Shown here piece after piece: positions 45,595 to 60,600 of a stretch of 64,000 nucleotides of DNA. Numbering within the stretch: the first letter of the stretch is position 1; every line of letters begins with the position of its first letter. The notes beneath the pieces were generated by a model. The model was given only the letters and a program-made list of their open reading frames with translations. It did no database searches and had not been told where the DNA came from. The position numbers and the translations under genes were made by a program. The stretch lies in assembly GCF_009914755.1 (NCBI RefSeq), contig NC_060929.1; one strand, written 5' to 3'. Source of the stretch: the human T2T-CHM13v2.0 reference genome, Homo sapiens.

Positions 45595-47143
45595 GGAAAT
45601 TGATACTGGGTGTGGAAAGTTTCTATACAGATAACTGAAAATGTGGAAGCAGATTTGGAACTGGGCAGCAGGCAGATGTTGAAAGAGCTTGGAGTTCTCA
45701 GAAGACAGAAAGATGAGGGAAAGTTTGGATCTTTTGAGACTAGTTAAATGGTTTTGACCAAAATACTGATAGTGATACAGACAATGAAGTTCAGGCTGAT
45801 GAGGTCTCAGATGAAAATTAATGTATTGGAACTGGAACAAAGGCCACACATGTTATGCCTTAGCAAGAGCTTCGCTTCATTGTATTCATGCCTTATGGAT
45901 CTGAGAAAGTTTGAATTTAAAAGTGATGACCTAGGGTATCTGGCAGAAGAAATTTCTAAGCAGCAAAGTATTCAAGATGTTGCCTAGAGTGTAAAACTTT
46001 GGAAAAGTTACAGCCTAGCCATGTTGTAGAAAAGAAAAGCCCATTTTCTGGTGAAGAATCCAAGCAGGCTGTGGAGAAACCACTTGCTTGAGAGATTAGC
46101 ATGACTAAAAGGGATTACAGTGCTAATCTCCAAGACAATGAAATAGAGGCCTCAAAGGCATTTCAGAGATCTTTGAGGCAGCCCCTCTTATCACAGGCTC
46201 AGAGGTCTAGGAGGAAAGAATGGTTTCCGAGGCTAGGCCCAGGGATCTGCTGCCCAGTGCAGCCTTGGGACAGTGCTCCCTGAATCCAGGCTACTTTGAC
46301 TGCAGCCTCAGGTCAAAGGGCCCCAGATATAGCTCAGGCCACAGCTCTGGAAGGTGCAAGCCATAAGCCTTGGTAATGTCTGCATGGTGTTAAGCCTACA
46401 GGCATGCAGATTGCAAAAGGGAAGGAGAGTTGGCAGCTTCTCCCTAGATTTTGGAGGATGCATGAGAAAGCCTGGGTGCCCAGACACAAAGATTGCTGTA
46501 GGGGCAGAGCCTCTGCAGAGAAGCTCTACTAGTGCAGTGAGGAGGGGAATGTGGAGGTGGAGCCCCCACATAGAGTCCATACCAGGGCACTGCCTATTGG
46601 AGCTGTGGGAATAGGGCTGCCACCTTCCAGACACTATAATGGTAGATCCACCAAGAGCTTGCATTCTGTGCCTAGAAAAGTCACAGTTGCTCAACTCCAA
46701 CTTGTAAAAGCAGCCACAGGGACTGCTCCCTGCAGTGCCACAGGGGCAGAGTCATCCAAGGCCTTGGAAGTCCACCCCTTGTATCAGTGTGCTCTGGATG
46801 TGGGACATGGAGTAAAAGGAGATTATTTTGGAGTTTTGAGATATAATGACTACCTATTGTGTTTCAGACTTGCATGGAAACTGTAGCCTCTTTCTTTTTC
46901 CTGACTTCTCCCTTTTGGAATTGGAATGTCTACCCAATGCCTATACCCCCATTGTATCTTGAAAGTAAATAATTTGTTTTAATTTTACAGGCTCATAAGT
47001 GGAAGGAGATGAGTCTCAGATGAGACTTAGAACTTTATATTTGATGCTGGAATGAGTTAAAGCTTTTTAAAGACTGTTGGCACAGGATAATTATATTTTG
47101 CAGTGTGAGAAAGACATAAGATTTTTAGGAGTTAGAGGCAGAA
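45595..47143 (+). mobile_element. MST-int MaLR internal region
   Basis: ~1.55 kb with the MaLR gag-like remnant (DLRKFEFKSDDLGYLAEEISKQQSIQD), ending in a purine tract 'ggagttagaggcagaa'. Confidence 0.88.
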
Positions 47144-47185
47144 TTATATGTTTTAGATACTTGTCTTCTTCATATCTCATGTTGA
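47144..47185 (+). mobile_element. Truncated MST 3' LTR (first ~40 bp only)
   Basis: 'ttatatgttttagatacttgtcttcttcatatctcatgttga' parallels the start of the 5' LTR, then stops abruptly. Confidence 0.7.
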
Positions 47186-47207
47186 CTTCTGGTTTCTGGC
47201 CCAGTAT

Positions 47208-47552
47208 ATTTCAAAATGGTCACTGTTGCCCTCTCCTTGCCTGAGGTGGGAAGGAATTTTTCTCAGATATTCACTGTGAGCACCTGGTAGAGCTCCTGGA
47301 AGTAACACCTACACAAGTGTGAGGGCCTCCCTATGACTGGGTCCCCTGGAATTTTTAACTCTCAAAATTGTCTACACTGAGCCTCCATCATTTCATCACT
47401 TATTCCTAACCTAGCACTGATTCTCACAGATGTTTCAGCTCTAGAAATATGTGATTCTCTATATTTGCCTGTCTCTCCAATTTTGGGAGTAGGGCCTTGC
47501 CCTGTGATCTCACTTCAAAAAGAGAAGGAGTTGTTGAGTTTTCACTTTGTTT

Positions 47553-47586
<34 letters not shown>

Positions 47587-47633
47587 GTTGTACTTCTAAG
47601 CTCCTTTCATGCTGGGCCAGAAACCAGAAGTCT
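47208..47633 (-). mobile_element. L1MC/MD-type 5' end (5'UTR)
   Basis: The reverse complement begins gacttctggtttctggcccagcatgaaaggagcttagaagt and contains gtgagatcacagggcaagg...cccaaaattggagagacagg, as recalled for L1MC 5' consensi. Confidence 0.7.
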
Positions 47634-47753
47634 CAAAAGTAAACTATTTAATAAGACAAAAGACAGAATAAATTCATTAATTAATCAAATAATTCACTAA
47701 TCCCTCCATTTTAAGTTCATGAAAATGAATTTGACTAAGAAATACACTTTTAA

Positions 47754-48068
47754 GGCCAGGCACGGTGGCTCATGCCTGTAATCCTAGCACTTTGGGAGGC
47801 TGAGGCAGGTGGATCACCTGAGGTCAAGAGTTTGAGACCAGCCTGGCCAACATGGTGAAACCTCATCTCTACCAAAAATACAAACGAAATATTAGCCAGG
47901 CTCAGTGGCAGGCACCTGTAATCCCAGCTACTCAGGAGGCCAAGGCAGGAGAATTGCCTGAACCCAGGAGGTGGAGGCTGCAGTGAGCGAGATTGTGCCA
48001 TTGCACTCCCGTGTGGGCAACAGAGCAAAAACAAACAAACAAACAAACAAATATATATATATATATAT
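47754..48068 (+). mobile_element. AluSx/Sz SINE with (AAAC)n(AT)n tail
   Basis: Full dimer with gatcacctgaggtcaagag and cctggccaacatggtgaaacc. Confidence 0.93.
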
Positions 48069-48100
48069 TTGGAAATAGAGATTCTTATCTTTGTAGTAAC

Positions 48101-48131
48101 TTTCAGAGGCACCTAAAAGTATATTTTAAAA

Positions 48132-48163
<32 letters not shown>

Positions 48164-48219
48164 TTTAAAAATATATATATATATATACTTTTAAAGTATA
48201 CTTTTAGGTGCCTCTGAAA
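48101..48219. repeat. AT-rich palindrome (~42-bp arms, (TA)n centre)
   Basis: tttcagaggcacctaaaagtatattttaaaagtatatatata ... tatatatatacttttaaagtatacttttaggtgcctctgaaa; one mismatch between the arms. Confidence 0.95.
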
Positions 48220-50744
48220 AGTATATATAGATATACTTTTAAAATTGTGCCTAACCAATGTCTTTTACAGGTAGGTATTTTTTCCCATTGAGTTGACTCA
48301 TTTTATTTTCTACCTGAATAATTCTTCTAAATCTTTCTGGGTTAGCCATTCCAATCAAAATCCTAAGGACACACAAGACTCTTCACCAAAGTGCCTAGAG
48401 TATCTTCAGACACCAATTATGTCCAATGCAAAACTTCCAGTTTTATTCCTTATAAGTTTGTCCAAGTGAATCTCAGATTTTTAAGAATATATGGCATAGA
48501 CTTTCAAATTGCGTATATTCCATATACCATCATGTTGATCAGCTCATATCAAGTATGACGATGAACAAAAGAATGCCAGAGTTGAAATAAATAACACTGA
48601 AATATGGGTGGAAAGAGCCAATAGTCACTTCGTTAATTTTCACTACAGCTAAACTTTTTGGCTCATTGTTTTCTGTACACATTAAATAGTATTGGATCAT
48701 TTGTCCGAATCACTTCACAGTGAATGAAAGAAAGTTTTTATCTCTTATTTTCTGTAAATTGTCATTGGGAATCTTGCCAGTCAAATTTCCTAAATCCTGG
48801 TTGTTGAAGTTATTTGGCTTTTTTATTTCTGCCTAAAGTTTCAAATATATTATTCCTTTATTTATAATAGTGTTTTGGAGACAGAAAGTAATAACATTTA
48901 GCTTTACCTTATTGTGGTAATTTCATTATCTCTAATTTTTGTATTATTCTGACTTTTTGGTTTGGCTTTTCTGAAAAGGAAAACAGAAAACTTTGTTCCA
49001 GCATCAACAGTATAAAAGTGCACCGATTTCCATTTCAACAAGCATTTCTCCACATAATGATATATTTTCAAGAAATTCTCAGTGATTCTGACTTATATGT
49101 GAGTTAAAACTAATAAAATTTAAAGTTATAGAAGTCAAAGTTACTGAGTGATTCTTTCCTTTTTTATGTGCCTCTGAAAGTTACTACAAAGATAAGAATC
49201 ACTAATCCAGTGAAATTTTAACTTGTGTTCCTAGATTAATATTTTAATACTGCCTTACCAAATGCAATCTGCTTTTCCGTGTTGCTTAGTGTCACCATTT
49301 AAATATAGATTATGGCATTAGAAATAAGATATGTTTGAGATTCCCTGGTAATGTTCATTTGTAGGAAATACAGAAAACTAGAAGTTACCTTTCATCAGGA
49401 GGTTAGATTATTGTTCTGTTTTCTTTTTTTCCCCTTTAATAGATTGTAACTCTAATAGTTAAGACACAGCAGGGGACAAACATTTCAGTCTTAAATTTCT
49501 AAACTTTATTATGTTCATTACTCATGAGTTGAAAGCATTACTAAGCAGAGAATACATGATTCAAGTTAAAATCTTTTGTAAAATTAAATTTATATAGTTA
49601 TTAGTTTTTTATATATAAGTCCAATGTGATTATCACTTAATTTTTGTATCCTTTCTTATCAGTATTATAAAAGTGGTCCTTATTGATCATTAATGCCAGC
49701 CACATTTGGTGTTCAAATTAGAGACATAATTTTGACTTTTTCATACTCAATTTTTTTGTGTATCCCTATCATTCAAATATTTATTTAAAACTAGCATGCT
49801 TAATTGATTTATTCTTCATTTCTTTTCACAATGTGTTGTTTTCGTTGTTTTATTTAGTTTTTTTTAGTGAAAAAGTAAATCAAATAATCTACTGATTTAA
49901 GTGATTTTTTAGAAAAGGTTTATGTTTATCCTTATTTAGGAAATAAGATTTTTCTCCCTCTCCTTTTGGGGTTAAAAACTTTCAAATTTACTTCATGTGG
50001 GTTTTTACATGATTATATAGTAGAGATGGTACGGAAACATCTTTGGAAGATGCACTTGACTACTAACTAGAGGGAACAGGTTCTCATAGGAAAAATGAGG
50101 GCAAAACAATAACAGGCGATCTCCTCAGGGAGGAAGTACCTACCCAGGAACACCATTTCTTATCTTAGGTTTCTTTTCTGTATGATTCTTAATTGGTGGT
50201 AATATGCAATTTAGCAAAACTACATTCTTCAAAGCTTATGAAAATGCTACTTCTTTATCCATCTTACTTGGCAAGTTAATTAATAAGATCTCATATGGAG
50301 ATTTATTCTCAAACTGATTGTGTAACAAAAATCATTTTTCCCTCAAATATTTCCCAATGATACTGGGAAGGTATTTGTAAAAACTTGTTTCATAGGTTTT
50401 ATATGTTTACACAATTCTGCAGGTTTTCTTTTTTGTTCCCAAAATGGTGTGTTCAAATGAGTGACTACCTGGAAACACTTTTTAATTTAATGAAATCAGG
50501 CTCTTTTCCAAAATAGTAGGTTTTAAATCTAGATAATATCATGTAGTTTCAACAAATTTAACTATGCCTCCAATAACTGTTTCTAATGTACTAAGACAAA
50601 ACTTTCAAATGTAGTTTAATCTGGATGAGAATTTTTCTTCTTAACAAGTTTTCTAAAGACATATTAAATATTTGGAATTTGTTTATTGATTTCTCCTGAA
50701 CCTATATTATTTCTATTTACCCAATATTTAATTCAATGACTTAT

Positions 50745-51250
50745 TGTTCCAGTTGCTGTGGCTGCATAAGACGTTATTCCAAAACTTCATTGTGCAAAAC
50801 ATCAGTGGTTTCTGATCATGCCTTCTGTGGGTCAGGAAATCAGACAGGGCATAGAAAGTCGGGCTTATCTCTGCTTTGCAGTATCTCTAGCCTCAGCTGG
50901 AAGTCTCAAAGACTGTTAAAAGTATCTGAAGATCTTTCTACTCACAAATCTGGTGGTTTATAAGAACTGTCAACTGGGGCCTCTGTTAGGTTGGGCAAAA
51001 GATGGCTGCTTCATATCTAAGCATTCTATCCATAGGCAAAGTGGAAATCAAATGGAAAGTGAAGGCTGAAGGGAAATTTCTTGTGTCACAGAATCCAAAA
51101 ATGTATCACATGGATAATCTAGCTGAAAGATAATCTGGGGAGGCAAGTATTATTTCACTGGGCAAACAGATACTCCAAATAAAAATGTGATTTTATTATT
51201 AAGGCACATTAAAATGTATATTATGTAGGTAAGTATTCATATCTACCACA
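50745..51250 (-). mobile_element. Old MLT1 (H-K-like) MaLR LTR fragment(s)
   Basis: 'ggctgcataagacgttattccaaaactt...ttctgtgggtcaggaaatcagacagggca...cctcagctggaag'; ends in ctaccaca. Confidence 0.6.
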
Positions 51251-53591
51251 CTCAGTATTCTCTAAGCCTACCTTAAAATTCTTTTAAAGCTTTGAGGCTT
51301 GCTTTTCTACATAATTTTATTTGCTGCACAGCTTCTAAATCAATTCCTTGCTTTCTAGGGCTAGAGATAATTGTATTCTAGTCTGAACCATACTTGAAAT
51401 AAGTTGTTTATCATTCTGTCTGCATTTTGCCCTCTTTGTGATAAATTTAATTTCTAAGTAATGGTCCCAGTTTTCTTTGTTTTATGGCTGCCCAATCACC
51501 AAGAAGGAGACAAAAATGTAAAATATTTGGTATCTGTGTTTCCTTAACTGCATCTCATAATCAAGCAAAATATTTTATTAGTTGATTAATAATGATAGGT
51601 TCAGATATTACCTATAGAATTAGTCACATATTGAAAATAGAAAGTTTTTATAAGTATCCAGTCTAGTTCATTTCTTATTAACTTCTTAAAAAATACACAT
51701 GCTAATGCTAACGTTTCTCTTATAAATAGATATTAAATTAGCAGTTCACAGTAACTAAAAGCACTAAAAGCCCACTAACTGAATGGGAAAGTGAGCTGAT
51801 GGACATCATAACTAGTTCTGGTTTAACAACTCACTCCCTGCCAAACATTTATTTTTGCCTTGACTTTTAATTTAACTGAGAGTTGTTTTCAATTATCTTA
51901 GAGGAAAATATTTAATAGTATATTGGTTTGAAAATATCCTAACACTGAATACAGAAATTATTGCAATGAATAGCTAGTAAGGGTTAATTGTAGTCTTTTT
52001 AAAATTTACTGACTCAGATTAGTAAACCAATCTTCAGTTTATCAAAGTATATGCATTTTAATATCAAAGTATCTATTATCAATAGAATATACATTGCTAA
52101 TTGTCTTTTAAACATTTTAAATGGATTTCTTTTCTTTTTTAATGAACACGGTTAGGTATAATGAACAAGATGGCTGACTGAAGTTGTGTTCTGGAGCCCA
52201 ACCAAAGTTAAATGACAGATATCATATCTGTAAATTTAAGGATTCATTACATTAAAAAATCTCAAAAACTTACCAAGTGACTGTAATTTGCCAGGTCCTG
52301 GGCTAGACTCTTGAGAGAGGAAGACAAATTAGTTCCTGTCTTCAAACTTAATGGAAGACTCAGAAGAACATAGAGAATTACAGTGCATACATTAAGTGCT
52401 ATTTAGATAAGCACTGTTTGTTATGGAAACCTTGTTATTTTGTAGATTGAATACATTGGAACAAGTTGAACAATTCAAAATTTGACTATTACAAAATAAA
52501 CAGCAGGAGGCAAATCTTTGTGCATGTAAATTAAATGGCATTATTTTAAGTGCAATTTTATTTCTTAATTTTAAGATAGTATTTTTGCATATCAAAGCTA
52601 GCATGAATCTTGGTGGGGCTTAGTGGAGGAAATAGAAATAAGAGTTTAGTCAAAGTAGATGGCTAGATTGAAAAAGAGAGTGGGAAGCTAGAATAATAAG
52701 TGAGGAAATGGGCCACTTGTGAAAGTCTGGAATATGAATGTGGCTTCTATGCTCAACTATAGAGTATGAGGAGATAAAACAAATGTAAATAGTCATTTTC
52801 CCCACCATTCCATAAGCTTCGTAACTTTAAAACTAAAACTAACTTTAAATTATGTCTCATTATTTCAAATCAGCAGCTTCATTTTTCATCTAATCTTGTC
52901 TTCTTAAATTTCCAAATCACATCACAGAATGCCTTTCTACTGCTCTTCTTTCTTTTTGTTACACAAATATTTTGTCCTTACATTGGAAAACAAACTATAA
53001 TGTATATTGAAAATTCATATTACATCCACTGAGAATCCATAAGAAATGTAGAAGTTCTGTACCATACAGAGTGCTCATGGAATTAGGGTTCCAGGAATTT
53101 TCTTTAATTGCACTCAACACAAGCCAAACTTCTCCACTGTTTTAGTTTTAGTTTTGTTTTGTTTTATCTATGATCTTGAAGCCACTCAACTTGTCACAAC
53201 TTTTCTGCTTTTTTTCTGCCCTTCCCCTCTTTGCCCTCAATCTCCATAACCCCTTTCGTCCTTTTTCAAAGGGCTCACCTTTACGAAAACTCTAATATTC
53301 ATGATCAATTATCTAGATAGCTTCACTTTTACTCTGCAGGAATTCAGTGACTAGGGTGGGGATTAGGATGTGGAAAAAGTCAGATATTGCAGGTTGAGCT
53401 TACTCAAAACAATCACAATTCCTCTGTGATTAACTCCCTTGTCTATTTTTGTCTGTGACTATTATCTTCCTCTGATATTTTCCTTTTCCATTATACTTTT
53501 TTGCCACATCTTCAAGTTGAGGATCAAGAACATGTACTCTGGGGTTGAGCAACTTTCTCAAACTGTTCCTACCCTTAGAAGTTTGGGCAGT

Positions 53592-53903
53592 GGCCGGACA
53601 TGATGGTTCATGCCTGTAATCCCAACATTTGGGGAGGCCAAGGAGGGAGGATCGCTTGAACCCAGGAGTTCAATACCAGCCTAGGCAACATTAGGGATAC
53701 CCTGTCTCTACAAAAAGAAAAAGAAAAAAATTAGCCAAGCATGGTGGTGTACACTTGAGTTTTCAGATAAGGTTGAAGAATGCTGTGGTGGGCCCAGGTA
53801 CGCTTGAGCCAGGGAGATCAAGGCTGCAGTGAGCATGTTCATGTCACTGCACTCCAGCCTGAGTAACAGAGTGAGACCCTGTTTCAGAAAAAAAAAAAAA
53901 AAA
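53592..53903 (+). mobile_element. AluJ SINE
   Basis: J diagnostics (gggaggatcgcttgaacccagga, caaggctgcagtgagc, gtgagaccctgt); degenerate TSD a(g/a)aagttt(g/a)gg. Confidence 0.9.
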
Positions 53904-54559
53904 GTTTAGGTGATCAAACTTTAAGTCCAGACAGTTTTAGTTCAGTCTTATAGTTTGTTTGGCTACTGGGCGCTTTCAAAAACTTAGTAGACTTCTTATT
54001 TAATAAATATTGAAACTCGATGAATATTTTCTCTAAGTTAATTTTATTCTGAGTCTCCTTAATTTTTTTGAAAGTTTTAGTGTAGATATAAAAGCCATAT
54101 CTTTATTTTTCTCTTTATTAGAAAGCAGAGTTTTAATTACCATTGTCACTTAAAATACTTTCTCAATTATATTTCCTAGTATTTGTGATCTCAGAGTAAT
54201 TGATTTGCCCCACTTTGCAAATTCTGAAATTTCTTGAATCTCTCCATTTTCTTTCATTTGAGTCTGCAAATTTGCCAATTCTTATCTGAGGTTACCAGGT
54301 TTTTAGTAACATTCTGTCAAAAGCAGGTAACAGCAATCAACTCAGAAGACTAGCGTTCGGTTTTTCAAACTCTTCCTAATACTGAAGATTTATAAGATTC
54401 ATGATCTATTTTCTAAACCATGCTTCCTTACTGCAAGCAATAGACAGATGACCATCTTTCAAGATTACAATAATTACTGGCTTCCTCAGCCTATCAATAA
54501 AGCAAGAATACATATTTTATGTTTTATGTTTCAGAAACTCCCAACTTCTGGGATAATTA

Positions 54560-54880
54560 TTTTTGTAATAGAAGAAGCTGAAATATGTCATTATAACAAA
54601 CACCCTAAAATATTAGTGGTGTAAGAGAACAAAAATTCATCTTTGTTTGTTTGTTTCTGCAGAGTCCACTGCAGGAAAGACAGAGCTGAAGATCTCACTC
54701 AGCAATTAAATGCTTCTACTCTTAGCTGAAGCACACAACTACCTCTCACAGCCCATTGGCCAGAGCAGATCACTTGTCACAGATGAGACTGTCTGTAAGG
54801 CCCAAGAGAGTATAGTTCTCTCTTGTATCCACAAGGGAGAAGACTTAGATGTGAATGGGCACTAGAAATTTCTCCTACAC
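54560..54880 (-). mobile_element. Old MLT1 (J/K-like) LTR fragment
   Basis: 'ataacaaacaccctaaaatattagtgg', 'ctcacagcccattggccagagc'. Confidence 0.55.
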
Positions 54881-55160
54881 TCCCAGGTCCTACCTCTACA
54901 GATTTCTGCCTCTTAACCTATGAAAGTGAAATCATAGGAAAGTAGCGGCAGAGGTAACACTTAAGTATCTTCTTCTCATATGAATTAAATTAAAATCAAA
55001 TACAGTCAATTATATCTATGCCTCTTGACCTATAGAGATTCAAATTATTTCTTTATAATTTAGATGTTAGTTGCTATCAGTCAGCCTATTAAGTCTTGAT
55101 AGACCTGAAACTTTGTGCCTAAGTCTCCGCACTCCTGCAGTAGAACTTCTTTAGAATTCC

Positions 55161-55479
<319 letters not shown>

Positions 55480-55615
55480 TGAATTTATATTTTGTTCTAT
55501 TTCTCTATCCTTCTTCTGCACTCTGTTGAACATTATATGGGGGACACAATGGAATTATATTGCAACAGTACAAACCTCAGTTTTAATATTAGTTATCTCT
55601 ATTAAAAATGGTCTC

Positions 55616-57664
<2,049 letters not shown>

Positions 57665-60600
57665 TTAATAAGTTCTTTCGTTTGCTCATTTTTCTGCTCT
57701 CTCCTCCTCCTACCATCATTCTATTATCATCTTTCTCATTGCTGCCCTTTTCTCTCAGGAACAAGAACATTCTCCCTATGTCTTTTATTTTCTTGTACAA
57801 TACACTTAGCCTCTACAGTACCTAACTCCAAATTTAGGACCATGTTATTCCTCATTCTCTGGTAGTAGGAGTGGAGTTCCACTGTTTGATTTATACCAGA
57901 ATAAACATTTCTTGTAGAGTTGACATTCAGCCCTTACCAACTGGATTGCTGTTTTCCACTTAGGTACTAAGGAAGACATCACATAGACTTGGCTTCCAGA
58001 AGTAACAAAGACTGTTTCAATAAGAAGATTAGATAGAAGCCTTATAGGAGGGGGAAATGAATTTCATTGATATACTTAAAAAATTCTGTTCTTAAGACAA
58101 TTTAAATATTTTATCAATAAACACATAGGGTTTTATTAATAAATACACAAGAATTATAAGTAAATTATAAATTATGATATATTCTAAAGTCTAAAGTCAT
58201 GTAATAGAATGAGTCTTCAGGGCTTATAAACACCCAGGTTGTTATATGAGAACAGTCGAAATTAAGACATTTACCTCAAAGGCAAAATCAATTTCCTAAT
58301 TGTAAAGGAAGAAATGTTAAACAGAGAATAATTTTACAGTTTTCAATATGTATTATTTTTAAAAGGAAGACCATCTTACTTTCATGATCATTCTATATTT
58401 GATCAAATGTGACAAAGTTTAAAGTATATTTAAAATTCTAAAGGAAATATATTTCTTTCATGAGACTTCTTCAGGAAAAAAATTTAGATTGCATGCTTAT
58501 GTATAAATGGAAGCAAAAAATCTTAATAAAATGCATTTCCAAGTTCATTTCTAATCAACCTTTATCACCTATTATTCACCCTATTAAAAATGGAAAAGGC
58601 AAGCTGACAGGCATGTCAAGATGAATCCCTCAAAAAGATAACATGTCAACGTTGAAATAAAAAAAATAATGGAAATGCTAAATTACAAAAAGTGCATCTT
58701 ATTCTTTCCTTTACACAGAGATTTTAGGCAATGAAAGACAAGGAACAATTTTCTGAAATTTGAACAGCAATCCAATGATGAGTTATGAGTACCATTTTCC
58801 CTTTCCCCAACAATCTGACTAGTAGATTTGGATGAACTTATATAGATAGGTTAAACAAGGAGGCTATAAACACTTTGAAAAGTGTATAATAAATAAAAAA
58901 TAATTACATAACATTTAGCTTATTTGTAGCTCTCTGGATTCTTTTTGTTTTTTTCTCATCTTTCAAAAATATAGCTTCTTGTTTTCATTATGTCATTACA
59001 CATTTTAATACCACAGAATGTCTCTTTTGTTTAAATAAAAATTGCTTATACGTGCTTAATGAATATCATAAACAGCAATTTATGACATGATTATGGACAG
59101 ATATAGATAAGACTTAGGGAGTTTAGGGCAGTGGATTAAAAATAAAAAGCAGAAAGGTATAAAAAAATACTCCATTAAAGATATTGTTTGTTAGTGTCCA
59201 AAGGAGGGCAAGACTGACATACAGAGAATATATACTATGAGGTAAAATGTTAAATTTAATAAAGTTGCTTCCTAATGGTCCTTTCTCTAAGATGCCTCCT
59301 GAGTCTTTATTGCCTGAAGTATCCGACCATCAGGAAAGTGACCTGCAATAACTCCTACTGTCTAAAGATCATGCAATGGATGTGAAATTAATTGATATAT
59401 ACAGTACTTCAGTTAGGTGATTAAATTTGACCAAGAATCAGTATTACAGTCTATGTCATGTTAGGAAATGTAACATAGAAATGATCCTCATCTTGGCCTA
59501 AAATGCTAATCTATCATTAACTTCAACTCTTATTTCCTGTAACTTTGTTAAAAGAAATAATTATATTCTTAGAGGTTTTTAAATATTTTGATATACCTAA
59601 AGCAGGTCACCATTAATTAAGAAACTTTAAAAAGCGTGTGTGTATTGAGATTAATAAACATATCCCAAAATATTTAAATCTTTGGATTTACAAGTGAATC
59701 TAGATCTTCTTTAAAAAGAGCCTTATTATATTTTTAAAAAATGTATTCAAAATCAAATGCTTAAACTTTTTAAGTGTTTTATAGGAAAACTATACAAAAG
59801 GTATGCAGATTCTTTAAAAGTCTTCAAATTGTAGGAATCATGTTTCAGAAATAAAGATGGGAATGAATGATCTAGAATGCATAGATGAAATGATAATTTC
59901 TCCCTCATCTCTCTTGCGACTCTCAGACATTGAACAATTTTTGATTATGCAACCAAAGAAAATCTTGTCAGTTATTACCCCTCAAAGTGAATTATAATAA
60001 CATGTAGAATATATGGTGAAACGCCAACTTCTTATCACATCTCACCTAAGAAATCATTGTAAACACTGCACTGCCACTTTGCCCTTTCTGCAACCATGAT
60101 TGGCATTAATTCCTTTGGATGAGTCTGGACTTAGCTGCTTCTGAAAGTATCATCCTTGTTTCACTTACTGAATCAAGTTTGTTCCATACCAAAAATTGCT
60201 TCCTGGCCAGGCATGCTCTTAGCAGATTGACCTAGCAGAAAAGCTTCTGGACTTCTGCGAAATAGGCAAAATAGTGATGTGCATGAAGCCACTCAATTCC
60301 AAATGATGTTGTGTAAAAAAATAAAATTCAGTGCTAAAATGTTGGTTTGTTTAAAAGGTCAGTTCATAATTAGTTTACAGGTAATTGGAGCTTTAGAATG
60401 TATTTAATTTCCATAGCTTCAATAAAAAATTTTCATAAAGGTTTATCTTCAGATTAGTTTAATTATTACTATAAATTTGTGTACATTTTAAAAATTTAAA
60501 TTAAATTTATATAATAGCCAGTTTAAAGAGTTTTGAGCTTTTACAAAATGTGTCTTTTCATATACATACATATATATGCATCTCTATAATTATATGCTTC

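Noticed and set aside
47184-47632. Novel MITE with 21-24-bp TIRs
   Set aside because: The interior is L1M 5'UTR, no TSD flanks the pair, and the left repeat sits at an LTR truncation point; better explained as a templated insertion.
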